The notes beneath the pieces are model-generated. The model did not search any database, was not told the origin of the DNA, and worked only from the letters and a program-made list of their open reading frames with translations. A program made the position numbers and the translations under genes. Below, in pieces: positions 1-11,910 of a stretch of DNA of 64,000 nucleotides (position 1 is the first letter of the stretch; each line of letters begins with the position of its first letter). Source of the stretch: Eledone cirrhosa (Eukaryota). The stretch lies in assembly GCA_964016885.1 (NCBI GenBank), contig OZ024743.1, forward strand, positions 153,202,001 to 153,266,000, given 5' to 3'.

Positions 1-122
1 GTGTTTGTACCAGAGTTTTCAAGTCGCTGGCTGGACTAAAAAGTCACACTCGTTCAGCGCATCGGTAGGGATTATTCTACATGGATATAAAGTAGTGGCC
101 GTACTCGAAAACGAGTTGGCAG

Positions 123-132
123 CCACCATATG

Positions 133-211
<79 letters not shown>
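123..211. repeat. (TA)n microsatellite (representative of dozens in the window)
   Basis: Near-perfect TA dinucleotide run. Similar runs at about 592, 4169, 24210, 25057, 28632, 47207, 47747, 54280 and 62810. Confidence 0.98.
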
Positions 212-215
<4 letters not shown>

Positions 216-280
216 CTTAGAGTTTAGACTCAATGGGATCATTTACAATCATTTCAGCTCTAGGAATCGCTTCTGAGCAG

Positions 281-588
281 TATAAATTAATATTTGATGA
301 ACATTTACATGTTTTAGTTGCAATTGACTAATAAGATCGCTAGAGTGAAAAATCTTAATTCAACAACATAAAGTCTGCCTGTACGATCTAAAAAATAATA
401 AATCAATACTCACAGACTTATATGGGCAAAAAGCCCATATGGCTTTTTGCTCATATGAGTCTGTGAGTATTGATTTATTATTTTTTAGATCGTACAGGCA
501 GACTTTATGTTGTTGAATTAAGATTTTTCACTCTAGCGATCTTATTAGTCAATTGCAACTAAAACATGTAAATGTTCATCAAATATTA

Positions 589-595
<7 letters not shown>
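281..595. repeat. Near-perfect palindrome with ~155-bp arms, centre ~438
   Basis: 281-435 is the reverse complement of 441-595, with 2 mismatches seen near the centre. It abuts (TA)n. Confidence 0.95.
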
Positions 596-636
<41 letters not shown>

Positions 637-641
<5 letters not shown>

Positions 642-1112
642 GTTTATATATTTATTTATATTTTCAGCAAACAGAGGTGATAAAGCTGACAGAGCATTCT
701 AGTAATAATCAGGAACTGATTATACAGAGCAGTTGCCGGTCAAGCAAAAATTGAAAATTGGAATTGGTGCTCTGAAATATATATACATTCATATATATAT
801 CGCTATTTCAGAAAACCAATTCCAATTTTCAATTTCTGCTTGACGCCCAACCGCTCTGTATAATCAGTTCCTGATTATTACTAGAATTGTATAAGAATCA
901 AACATTCATGATTTTCAGCCAACAGGTGGAGTACTTAGCTTTGATAAGTACCAAAAAGTACGAAACAGAGCTCTGTCAGCTTTATCTCCCCTGTTTGTTG
1001 AAAATTTAAAGTAAGTGAGACTGTCACTACTCTAAAACAATAGCATAAGGTCTTCGAAATGCTTTTAATTAAGCATACAGTGTATTGCAAAATACACTAT
1101 ATATACATTCAT
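637..1112 (+). mobile_element. Non-autonomous HHR-bearing retrozyme/PLE-like element, family A (~320-nt unit with inverted 5' partial copy)
   Basis: 661-790 is inverted relative to 800-1005. The motif atatacattcatata recurs at 781 and 1101. Homologous to 15786-16940, flanked by (TA)n, and contains an HHR. Confidence 0.8.
937..981 (+). ncRNA. Type I hammerhead ribozyme, U3-A8 core variant
   Basis: AGCT-TTGATAA-GTAC caaaaa GTAC-GAAAC-agagctct-GTC|AGCT. Stems I, II and III all pair. Predicted cleavage after 977. Confidence 0.85.
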
Positions 1113-1164
1113 ATATATATATATATATATTAATAAATGGAAACTATATTAATAAAACCATAAT

Positions 1165-1211
1165 TATTTTATTATATATATTTCAAGGGCGCGCTTTCAT
1201 CAGATAAAATA
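1165..1211 (-). ncRNA. Minimal type I hammerhead ribozyme in the PLE pLTR
   Basis: Minus strand reads TATTTTAT-CTGATGA-AAG cgcgcc CTT-GAAA-T atat A-TA|ATAAAATA. 8-bp stem I and palindromic loop 3. Confidence 0.88.
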
Positions 1212-2682
1212 CAAGATTTGTTTTATAAATATTGACATAACCGTGGAAAAACAACTTCGACGGTTGAAAGATCACTGGATAGTGGAACAAATTTTTTATT
1301 GAGGGTAATTCAAAGTTCTGTGTGATTATGCAAATGAATGTCCGAAAGATTGAAAAAACATCCGTTTATTTAAATTATACTGTTGGAAGAAGAGAGAGAA
1401 AAAAGAGAGAGAAAAGCGAGAAAGCAAAATGAGAGAAAAAAAGAGAGAAAAAAGAAAGAGGGAAAAGAATATTATTATATGTAGAGTTATAGTGGAGAAA
1501 TAAAGTGAAGAAAGAAAGAGCGAAGAAATAAGCTTATTAAAGGATGAGTTTGTATATCGTAAATACGTCATATGTTCATGTTAGATATTTATGTTACGTA
1601 TATTTACTTATAATTGTTAAATTTTACTATAGTAAGTATATATAAAGTTAGATATATAGGAAAAATAAAGAAAAAAAAAAGATATATTAAAACAAAGATA
1701 TATTAAAAAAAAGATATATTAAAACATATTAAGATATATTAAAATATATCTACATATATTAAAATATATTACAAATGGAGCATAGATATAAAGATAGATA
1801 TATGAGAGTATAATGGGTATATCATGTTATAGATGTTAAATTATTTAAATTAAATTAAATTAAATTAATTGAGTCTATAAAATAACTTATATATTTAATG
1901 TTTTACATTGGAAAAATATTGAAAATCCGAGTTTTGTTTATTTATTAATTATTATGAGATAAGTTTGACAATGATATGTTTAAAGATATATTTCGCCATA
2001 GTTTGTTACTGGTTGTAACTGTAATATTAAATAATTACAAAAATTAGAAAAAGTTACTAAAAAATTACAAAAAATTACAAAAAATTACAAAAAATTACAA
2101 AAAATTAGATAATTAAAAGTATAAAACCATTTAAAAATTCAGACTATAACAATTAAGACTCTAAAAAGACTTTCAAGAGATTTAAAAAAAAAAATCTAAA
2201 AAAAGACTCCGAAGATACTCGAAAACCTTTTAAAAACATTTAAAAACGTTTAAAAATTAAACCATAAAATTATTCAGGAATTATAATTAAAACCTAAAAT
2301 CATTCACAAATATAAAGAAATATTAAGAAATATTTGAAAATACTTAAAATATTTTAAAATATTTAGAAATGTTTAAAATATTATAAAAAATATAAAAAAT
2401 TAGGTGACCCCCTAAACATTTTTTTTGGGGAAATAAATAGTTTTTATTTTTTATTTTAAGTAATCTTTCTAAAAAGATTATGAGATATTTTGAAAGTAAG
2501 AAAATAAAGATAAAAATAAAGATATTTAAGAAGTAAAATATTAAAAAGTAAAGATTTAAGAAGTAAATTATATATATTTTTAAGAAGTAAAAGATATTAG
2601 AATTAGAATTACATTAAATTTAAATATAAATTTAAAGATTTAGAATTTATGAACATATATGCATATAATTTAAGAAATGAGA

Positions 2683-3795
2683 TTATAGGTGTTTGGATAG
2701 AGTAAACATTATGTAGGGAAGATTAGACGTGTAATTATATTTCATATATATATATAAAAGTTGAATTTTGGCGATGTTTACAAGAACTAAATAAATTATT
2801 ATGCAAATTAATAGAGTCTTACATTTAAGTATGAAGAAAATTTCTTCAATACATAAATTGCTAAATTTGGATAAAGCTGTGTTTTTGTAAGCAGGTGCTT
2901 TTGAAATTATATTCCAAGATAGAGAATAGTCTATATTTTTGGATTTTAGGTTCCATATCAAGTTGGATAGAGAAGTTGAAGATTTCTTTTACCAATAATC
3001 GAGCATTTATGGTTATTGAAGCGGGATTTAAAATCTGTAGAAGTTGAGCCTACATAGTTAAAAGTATTATCATTAGTTTTAACATTGCAATTATTGACCA
3101 CATTTTTAACTAGACAGTTATTTTTTAAAGGACAGTTAGATTTAATTCTACAATTACATTTATCAGAGTTTATATTATTCAGAACAGTATTATTATATTG
3201 GATATTTATAGAGGTATTAGTGCCATTCTGGTTAAGGTTTATATTTCTATTATTGATTTTATTTATATTCTGTGATAAATTCATAGTAGTAGAGTAAGAT
3301 AGTTCAATTCTATGTCTGTTAAAGATCGAATGATATCTATGTGTCTTGGGGAAACATTTATCAAGAGCTTTAAAAAATATTTTAGCTACAGGTGTTTTGA
3401 TACTTAGTGAAAATGGCGGAGCATACCATATTATGTTTCTAGTTCTATTTCTTTTTTTAGTTTTAGAGTTTATGCTAGGTTTCTTATTATAATTAAAATT
3501 ATAATTAATATTATGTTTAATATCATGGTTAATTGCCTTATCATTATTGTCGGTGTATTTAATTTCATTATTATAGCCTGCTCTGCTTAAAGCTTCGTTA
3601 TAATATTGTGCCTTATCTTCAAATATATTTTTATTCGCTGAAATTCTAGCAATACGTTGCTGTACAGAATTTACGATAGTGTTCTTAACAGATCTAGGAT
3701 GATTAGAGTTAAAGTTAACATAATTTAAATTCTCATTAATTATATGGAACGGATAGTATAGCCCAGTATTAACGTTTAATGTCACGTCAAGAATG
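2683..3795 (-). pseudogene. PLE RT thumb plus GIY-YIG endonuclease, frameshifted and 5'-truncated
   Basis: Motifs LDVTLN, SNHP, IIWYAPPFS, CNCRIKSNCPLKNNCL, YVGST..FKSRFNNH and IWNLK. Confidence 0.9.
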
Positions 3796-3883
3796 CCTTG
3801 GTTGCCCTTGAAATATATATAATATAATAATTATGGTTTTATAAATATAGTTTCCATTTATTAATATATTGAATATTTATCCA

Positions 3884-4071
3884 GGGCGGTGGATTGGCAG
3901 TATCAGTAGAGGGTCGGACGCCATGCTTTCCAGCATAGTTACGTCCCTTTACGATCTGAGTTCAAATCCCGCCGAGGTTGACTTTGCCTTTCATCCTTAC
4001 GGGGTCGATAAAATAAAGTACCAGTAATGCACTGGGTAATTGCTGGCCTTGTGCCTAAAGTAGAAACAATT
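3884..4071 (+). mobile_element. tRNA-derived SINE (Deu/Nin-like core) with target-site duplication
   Basis: A-box-like TGGCAGTATCAGTAG, B-box GAGTTCAAATCC, core gcctttcatccttacggggtcgataaaataaagtacc. TSD ttaatatattgaatattta at 3861 and 4070. Confidence 0.9.
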
Positions 4072-4166
4072 AATATATTGAATATTTACTCCAAGTCTGT
4101 TGAGTGCTCGATATCAGTTATAAACTTTTAAGCTTGTTGGAATCCCAACAAATTAAATATAACTTC

Positions 4167-4281
<115 letters not shown>

Positions 4282-4370
4282 GAAGTAATTCCGCCGGAAA
4301 AGTACAGGAAAAAAGAATGCTCTATGTAGGTTACAGACCTTATCCACATTTAATAAAAACACCGGGTTTC

Positions 4371-4430
4371 TTTCATTCTGACGACTGAAAGCAGATTTAT
4401 TTGATTTCAAGAAACCACTGGTAAATGAAA
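4371..4430 (+). ncRNA. Type I hammerhead ribozyme
   Basis: TTTCATT-CTGACGA-cTGAAA...TTTCAa-GAAAC-cactg-GTA|AATGAAA. 7-bp stem I. Confidence 0.8.
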
Positions 4431-4517
4431 TAATTATCTTATGTTGTTTATTACATAACTATATATATAGACAATGGAAAACGAAGAATCAGTTATGCAT
4501 CGGAATTCAATTTATTG

Positions 4518-4607
4518 CGTATTACAAATGTTTCACTGGCGAACAGTTCGAGATAAGATCTGTTGGTGGATCGACCTGACTCTGGATTCGCAAGTTCCTC
4601 AGATACG
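4518..4607 (-). ncRNA. Type I hammerhead ribozyme with extended stem II
   Basis: Minus strand reads CGTAT-CTGAGGA-ACTtGCGAA..~43 nt..TTCGCcAGT-GAAAC-attt-GTA|ATACG. Confidence 0.8.
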
Positions 4608-5012
4608 TCTGTTGGCTACGAAGCAGGTTCTCTTTCTAAAGCGTTCCGATCTTCCGGGTATATGTCGTCTGTCTTCATGCTGTCCCCGCGTCCTCTCGGT
4701 TGGTCACTGTTTTGTGACGTCATCACAGTTCTGGCAACAGGAATCTGCCCACTGACCATCTACCTACCTACACACACACATATAGATATACACCCACACA
4801 CATGTGCACACAACCATATGTATACACGCACACATACATGCATACATATATACACACTCACACGTGTGTACATACACATGCATACATGCCCGCACACATA
4901 TACGTATATATTTTCGTACTACCCATGTGTACATACATACACAGACACACATATATATATACACTCACACGTATATATATATATATACACATATATATAT
5001 ACACACACATAG

Positions 5013-5061
<49 letters not shown>

Positions 5062-5406
5062 CATATATATATACACACACAAGTACACATGCGGCCCATG
5101 TATACCCACCCATTCTTACATATGCACTCAAATGGGCCTACTTTTTCAGGCACACAGATTCACACATGTATATATATCTATACCCACATAGATATACACA
5201 CGAGAACACAGATGCCTATATACGCACACACACATACATATATATACGTATATATATATATATATATTTTAGAAAGTGAGGGTTTTTTTACAAAATGAAA
5301 AATAACCGAGGTGTCCTACACGAGTGAAAGTATAAAGAAAAAGAGATGAAATCGAAAATGCAACTGGAGTCTTAATTTTTAAAAAAATATATATATTTAC
5401 TTGGTT

Positions 5407-5444
5407 CCTTTACCGGTTTCGCAGTTCTTCTGCTTTTCAAAATG
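5407..5444 (-). ncRNA. Minimal hammerhead, U3-A8 variant, weak stem I
   Basis: Minus strand reads catt-TTGAAAA-GCAG aagaa CTGC-GAAAC-cg-GTA|aagg, with palindromic ACCGGT stem III. Confidence 0.68.
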
Positions 5445-5632
5445 TGAGTTGAGATGGAGGATATATATATATATATAAGCAAGATGTATGGTAGGTCGTA
5501 TGTGAATCGCGATGATCACGTCTGACCTACCAAATATGTGACGGTAGCTAGTTAAGCTCTATGCGTATAAGCAGAGCAGAAATATTAGTGAAAAAGAACA
5601 AAGGAACTATTATGACATTATAACAAGTTTAT

Positions 5633-5679
5633 TGCCGACAGCCGTTTCGTCCGACCATATAGTGGGACTTTTCAAGGCA
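5633..5679 (-). ncRNA. Minimal type I hammerhead, U3-A8 variant
   Basis: Minus strand reads TGCC-TTGAAAA-GTCC cactatatggtc GGAC-GAAAC-ggct-GTC|GGCA. Confidence 0.85.
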
Positions 5680-5770
5680 TATAACATGTGATTGTAAGAT
5701 CATTATTTACGTCTGACCTACCAAATATGTGACGGTAGCTAAAATAATGATCTTACAATCACATGTTATA

Positions 5771-5817
5771 TGCCTTGAAACGTCCCACTATATGGTCGGA
5801 CGAAACGGCTGTCGGCA
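5771..5817 (+). ncRNA. Inverted copy of the family C hammerhead with an A9C substitution (likely inactive)
   Basis: TGCC-TTGAAAC-GTCC...GGAC-GAAAC-ggct-GTC-GGCA. Confidence 0.7.
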
Positions 5818-5861
5818 ATAAACTTGTTATAATGTCATAATAGTTCCTTTGTTCTTTTTCA

Positions 5862-5913
<52 letters not shown>

Positions 5914-6677
5914 CACGCATACACATGTATATGTTCATACACATTGACACACACACATATATATACATACACACATACACACATATACCCACACCCAAAC
6001 ACACATGCCTACGCACTCATATGTGCACACACGCGTGTGGATGCATGCACACACACACACGCGGGCACACATACCCATCCACATATATATATATATACAC
6101 ACACATATACGCATACGTGCGCGTACTTTTACCAGCACATGTACACACATACGTCCACCTGGACATATATGCATCCACGCACACATGCGTATATGTATAC
6201 ACCCACGCACACAGGCGGACATACATGCACATACGTACGCTCATATAAACTGTATAAAAATATAAAAGTGTAAAAAATAAACGTATAAAATATGCAAAAA
6301 TATAAGCAAAAATATATAAAAATATATAAAAAATATATAAAAAATAATGACTATAGGGTGTGTGAAAAGTATCTGGAGCGGGTATGTACATCGAGATGTT
6401 ACGTGAAGAAATAGGTGCAAAGTAGGGAGAAAGTGCGCATGGGGGTACGATGTTTAGTGCCTGCAACATCTCACATGCCGGTATATAGGTACGTTCAGAC
6501 ATACTTTGGTGTACATGTTGACAGAGTTGGCATTATGGTGCTAACGTGGATTAATCCACTTATAGAAACCTCAAGCAGAATTACATATGTTGAGCTCATG
6601 GGAATAATGCAAAGGGTATACACAGAACATACAAAGAATGCATACAGAATATATACAAATACATACATATATAATAT

Positions 6678-7544
6678 ACTAGCAGTGGTACCCGGCGTTG
6701 CACGGGATATGTTATTTTAGAATGCGGGCCACCAACAGCACTAATCGTCGAAAAACTGCATGCCTGAACAATATGTAAAGAAAATAAACCGAATACTCTG
6801 ATAGCTGGATAATCTTTAAGATTTTCCTCGATGAAGCAGGAAAAATGCAGGTTTTCACCTATTGCGGGCCTTAGGGGATCAAGAAAATGAATTTTTTTTA
6901 ATATGCATAATAACGCCTCAAAAAAGCCCTAAAAAGCTGAAAAAATGACGTTTTTCACCTAATGCGGGCCCTAGGCCATAACAAAGTTAGATTTTCTTTG
7001 CTCACCGTATGAAGAAGAGACTGACTAATACATAGTTACAATTTCAAGGAAATCGGTCTGACATAACTCCTGAAAAACCTTTAAAAAGCTTTAAAAACGC
7101 AGTTTTTCACCTGATGCGGGCCTCAGGGGATCAAAAAGTTGAATTATTTATATGCATAACACTCCCTAAAACATAAGTAATACACATGTAAAGTTTGAAA
7201 AATGTCGATTGGGTACTTCTCGAGTTTTAGGGATTCAAACTCACAGACACATACACACACACAGACAGACAGCCTCAAGGAAGTGACGTAATGTAGACAG
7301 CCAGACATACATACAGATATTATAAGGGAGCGACGTTATATGTATGTATCTATCTAAAAAGTGAAAGACTAAGAATGATAGAGAGAGATCGCTAAATCGC
7401 CTAACGCAGTCCCTAGGGCATTGAAAATTTGAAATTTATTTTGCTCAGAACACTCCCCGAAACATAAGTATTACATGTGTAATGTTTGAAAACAGTCGGT
7501 TAGGTGCTTCTTGAGTTTTAGGGATTCAAACTCACACACAGACA
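6678..7544 (+). mobile_element. Non-autonomous Helitron/Helentron-like (Lep1/HINE-type) insertion
   Basis: Starts ACTAGCAGTGGTACCCGGCGTTGCACGGG. Internal repeats of gtttttcacct.atgcgggcc at ~6851, 6950 and 7102, and an (ACAG)n tract. Absent from the mirror PLE arm at ~9320. Confidence 0.65.
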
Positions 7545-7638
7545 TAAGGAAAGCGTATAAAAAAATACATTGGCTTGTACATGAAATAAATACATGAGGT
7601 TTTACATAATGTGATACGTGGAGAAGATTACACACTAC

Positions 7639-8567
7639 TTAAAAGATCGTGCCATGCGGTGGTGTCCATGCGGAGAGTCTCCCTCGTCTCTGCTGTCTGC
7701 ATGTCATGATGATCTCCGATTTCAGGTTGACTGCTTCATCCTTTAATCTCACTATCTCTATAGCCTCGGACAAGCATAGCCTGCACTTCCTGTCGCCAGT
7801 CGAATATGCACAGGCGTGTTGAACAATACACAAGTTGAGATCATACGGGGTGCCGTTGTCCTTCAAGTCCCATATTAGGTCCGCAAGCCTAGTGGAGTGT
7901 CTCTTGCTCCGGTCCTTAAAAGGACTTTGTTGATTGTACATCCTCAATTTAAAGGTCGTGGAAGTTGCGCCGATGTAAATGCGCTTGTTCTTGTACGAGT
8001 TAACCACACATTTATATACAACACCCTTCGTTAGGCATCTTCCCTGCAGAGGGCATTGCGTGCTACTCTGCAGTTGCATGTTCGGTCGTTATGTTGTGCA
8101 TTTCATACGCTGGATGCTGGCCCTTTTCGGCGTTCCTCTGATTCTGCGGGTGTTGTTCTGTTGTTGCGGCGTGCCCCACTCCGTCATTCAGTTCCACCTG
8201 GTGGTCGATCACTGCGTCTTCAGCGGGTGTGCCGACTACTGTGGAGACCGAACCGTAGTTGGAGACCCTGTCAACAAGTGACCCTCCAAGCCCCCCAGGA
8301 TCGGCAGACGGTTGCCGCAGTTGGCGGTCGAATTTCTCCAACTTAACCGCATTGGTTTTGGCCATATAGTCTCCTATGTTAGGTGCAGTGGAGAAGGAGA
8401 GCTTCACTGTGTGGCGGTTGAATATCCTGTGGTACCTGTTCGGTGGCGTGAAGCACTCGTCCAACGCTTGGAACAAGAAGCCTGGTACATTGTTACATAC
8501 ATGCTTCGATTACGGCGCGTTAAACCACGTAATAGTCTTAGACCTAGTCCTATTCCGTCGTCTGTGT

Positions 8568-8635
<68 letters not shown>

Positions 8636-8830
8636 TGTAGTAGTAGTAGTAGTAATGTGTGTTGGGTCAGGTGCCCCTCCCGGGTTGTGTCTACCCGTTA
8701 TTTCATCCCCTATGTTACCGTTATATATATATCTACTGGGTGCGTCAGAATTACGCTGTCCGCTTAGTGAAATATTGTGTTCTATATTGTCGGGTGTACT
8801 GGTGCTCCCGCTAATGCTATCTGGTGATGT
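7639..8830 (-). pseudogene. PLE RT C-terminus, linker and GIY-YIG endonuclease, frameshifted
   Basis: Motifs TITWFNAP, LDECF...IFNRHTVKLSFS, CPLQGRCL..GVVYKC..IYIGAT..FKLR and CRLCLSE. Confidence 0.9.
8568..8654. repeat. (GTA)n trinucleotide repeat encoding poly-Thr in the PLE linker
   Basis: About 28 GTA units, in frame with ORF 8510-9064. Confidence 0.95.
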
Positions 8831-8833
8831 TTT

Positions 8834-9077
8834 CGGGGCTATTTCATTGCTATTGATCCGGATGTTCCATATGTCTGGTTCCACGTCCAGATCTGCCTTT
8901 ACTCTGTCACTAGTTCCAGTTTCCGCGTTGCGTATTGTGTCTGTGTTAGCATTCTGTCTGTGTGTACTATGTGATCTACGCAACGCGGAAACTGGAACTA
9001 GCGACAGAGTAAAGGCAGATCTGGACGTGGAACCAGACAGATGGAACATCCGGATCAATAGCAATGAAATAGCCCCG
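8834..9077. repeat. Central inverted repeat (101-bp arms, 42-bp spacer) of the fold-back PLE
   Basis: 8834-8934 is the reverse complement of 8977-9077 with about 2 mismatches. Confidence 0.95.
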
Positions 9078-10215
9078 ACAGGAAGTGCAGGCTATGCTTG
9101 TCCGAGGCTATAGAGATAGTGAGATTAAAGTCAACCTGAAATCGGAGATCACCATGACATGCAGACACCATAGAAGATGCACAGTATCCGCTTGCACACC
9201 ACCGGATGGTACGATCTTTTAAGTAGTGTGTATATCTTCTCCACGTATCACATTATGTAACACCTCATGTGTTTATTTTATGTACAAGCCAATGTGTTTT
9301 TTTATACGCTTTCCTTATATATTTATATGCTTATATATTATATATGTATATATCTGTATATATTCTGTATGCATTCTTTGTATGTTCTGTGTATACCCTT
9401 TGCATTATTCCCATGAGCTCAACATATGTAATTCTGCTTGATTTTTCTATAAGTGGATTAATCCACGTTAGCACCCTAATGCCAACTCTGTCAACATGTA
9501 CACCAAAGTATGTCTGAACGTACCTATATACCGGCATGTGAGATGCTGCAGGCACTAAATATCGTACCCCCATGAGCACTTTCTCCCTACCTTGCACCTA
9601 TTTCCTCACGTAACATCTCGATGTACAACACCGTGTACTCGCTACATACCCCATCCAGATACTTTTTATACACTTTATAGTCATTATTTTTAATATATTT
9701 TTATATATTTTATGTATATTTTTTATATATTTTTATATGTTTTTTTATATGTTTTTTATATATTTTTTATATATTTTTTATGTATTTTTTATATATTTTT
9801 TATATATTTTTTATATATGTTTGTATATTTTATAAGTTTAATTTTTACACTTTTATATTTTTATACAGTTCATTCACATATATGAGCGTACGTATGTGCA
9901 TGTATGTCCGCCTGAGGTGGAGCTGTGTATATATGTTCTGGTAAAATATGCGCACGTATGCGTATATGTGTGTATATATATGTGAATGGGTACGTGTGCT
10001 CGCGTGTGTGTGTGTGTGCATGAATCCACACACGTGTGTGCACACATATATATGTGTGTGTAGGCATCTGTGTGCGGGTGTGGGTATATGTGTGTATGTG
10101 TGTATGTATATATATGTGTGTGTGTATGTGTATGAGCAAATGCCTGTGTATGCGTGCGTATATATATATACATATGTGTGTGTGTGTGTATATATGTGTG
10201 TGTATATATATGTAT

Positions 10216-10251
<36 letters not shown>

Positions 10252-10278
10252 ATATATATATGTGTATATATATATGTG

Positions 10279-10377
<99 letters not shown>

Positions 10378-10794
10378 GTGTAAATGTATATATATGTATG
10401 AGTCTGTGTAGGTATGTACACATGGTTAGGACGAAAATATATACGTATATGTGCACACACGTGTGTGTGTGTGTGTGTGTATAAGCATGTATATATATAT
10501 ATATGCATATATGTGTGTGTATACATATGGTTGTGTGTGTGTGTGCACATGTGTGTGGGTGTATATATATATGTGTGTGTGTAGGTAGGTAGCTATATGT
10601 AGGTACACATAGCAGTAATTTTGAGGATGGGATGAAGATGAGTGACAGCTCACGACTAGATGGTCAGTGGGAAAATTCCTGTTGCCAGAACTGTGATGAC
10701 GTCACAACACAGTGACCAACCGAGAGGACGCGCGGACAGGATGAAGACAGACGATATATATTCGGAAGATCGGAACCCTTTAGGCAGAGAACCT

Positions 10795-10883
10795 GCATCT
10801 GAGGAACTTGCGAATCCAGAGTCAGGTCGATCCACCAACAGATCTCATCTCGAGCTGTTCGCAGGAGAAACATTTGTAATACG
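10795..10883 (+). ncRNA. Mirror-arm copy of the 4518-4607 hammerhead (degenerate stems)
   Basis: CTGAGGA-acttgcgaa...ttcgcagga-GAAAC-attt-GTA-atacg. Confidence 0.6.
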
Positions 10884-11007
10884 CAATAAATTGAGTTCTG
10901 ATGCATAACTGATTCCTCGTTTTCTATTTGATCATACTCTGCTCTTTAGGAGCATAGAGTACTTAACCGGCATACCACCTATGGACGCATCTTAGCTACC
11001 ATAAGAC

Positions 11008-11069
<62 letters not shown>

Positions 11070-11654
11070 TAAAATATGTCCATAGAATCATTAGATAAGA
11101 TATATACACCATTTCCTCTCCCAGTCAGCATAATCAACCACAGAAAAAAACAATTAAACCAGGCTATAAGATTAAAAGGCACCTATGAAGAAATAATAGA
11201 TAAATAAACGACAGTCATCTGTTCGCGATCAACAGCTATAGAATATTTACCCACCATTTCAATAGCACGTGGAAATCGATTAAATATATCGTCAACCATA
11301 CACAATTAGGTATAAAATTAAAGTTAGAAGAAAAACTGTATATAAACATACCAGGATTACGTTTCTATATATATATAAATTTATGTATATAAATATATAT
11401 GTATGTATATATACATATATATATGTATATATATACACACACACATATATACACATACATTCACATACAGACACATATCCACACTTTTATGCATACATAC
11501 ATACATGCACATGTATACACATACCTGTACCCCTAAATACATACATGCATATACATATACATACATACACATATACACACACATATGTATACACTTCTAC
11601 TCAAGTATTTAAGTTCACATATATATTTGGGGGGGGGGGGGTATTAGTGAATTG

Positions 11655-11800
11655 GTAGTGTACCTCTAGATGATTTCCTTTGAATGAAACAATTCTAGTC
11701 CTGTAGAAGCCATTTCTGTATTAAATTTTGTTGTATATACTTTACTAATATATTGAGTACTTTACTTACTGTGGTTACCCCCAATTGAACCCAGGACTCA
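11655..11800 (+). mobile_element. Family B short element with degenerate hammerhead
   Basis: gatgatttcctttgaatgaaacaattctagtcctgtagaagccatttct is homologous to 30252-30312 and 49252-49420. Confidence 0.65.
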
Positions 11801-11818
11801 CATATCATATATACATAC

Positions 11819-11831
<13 letters not shown>

Positions 11832-11908
<77 letters not shown>
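11832..11908. repeat. (GT)n microsatellite
   Basis: Perfect GT run. Confidence 0.97.

Positions 11909-11910
<2 letters not shown>

Larger units (their letters stand above)
1130..3879 (-). mobile_element. Penelope-like element, 5'-truncated, with 3' pLTR and inverted pLTR copy at the 5' end
   Basis: RT C-terminus and GIY-YIG ORFs at 2683-3785. Long AT-rich 3'UTR with a 10-bp aaaaaattac tandem at ~2035-2110. 3805-3870 is the reverse complement of 1126-1191. Confidence 0.88.
5476..5865. mobile_element. Non-autonomous HHR-bearing fold-back element, family C
   Basis: 5581-5709 is inverted relative to 5742-5868. A 32-bp direct repeat occurs at 5519 and 5710. Flanked by (TA)n. Confidence 0.8.
4470..10925. 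mobile_element. Fold-back (inverted duplicated) Penelope-like element with nested insertions
   Basis: 4476-4762 pairs with 10657-10924, 6245-6677 with 9330-9880, and 7545-7795 with 9077-9320, all inverted. GIY-YIG ORF on the left arm. Confidence 0.88.

Noticed and set aside
3884-3975. tRNA-like A and B boxes
   Set aside because: No cloverleaf is evident, and it is the head of a repeated SINE with TSDs.
8376-9113. 245-aa ORF with poly-Val, and the overlapping poly-Ser ORF
   Set aside because: Antisense or alternate-frame readings of the (GTA)n repeat and palindrome within the PLE.
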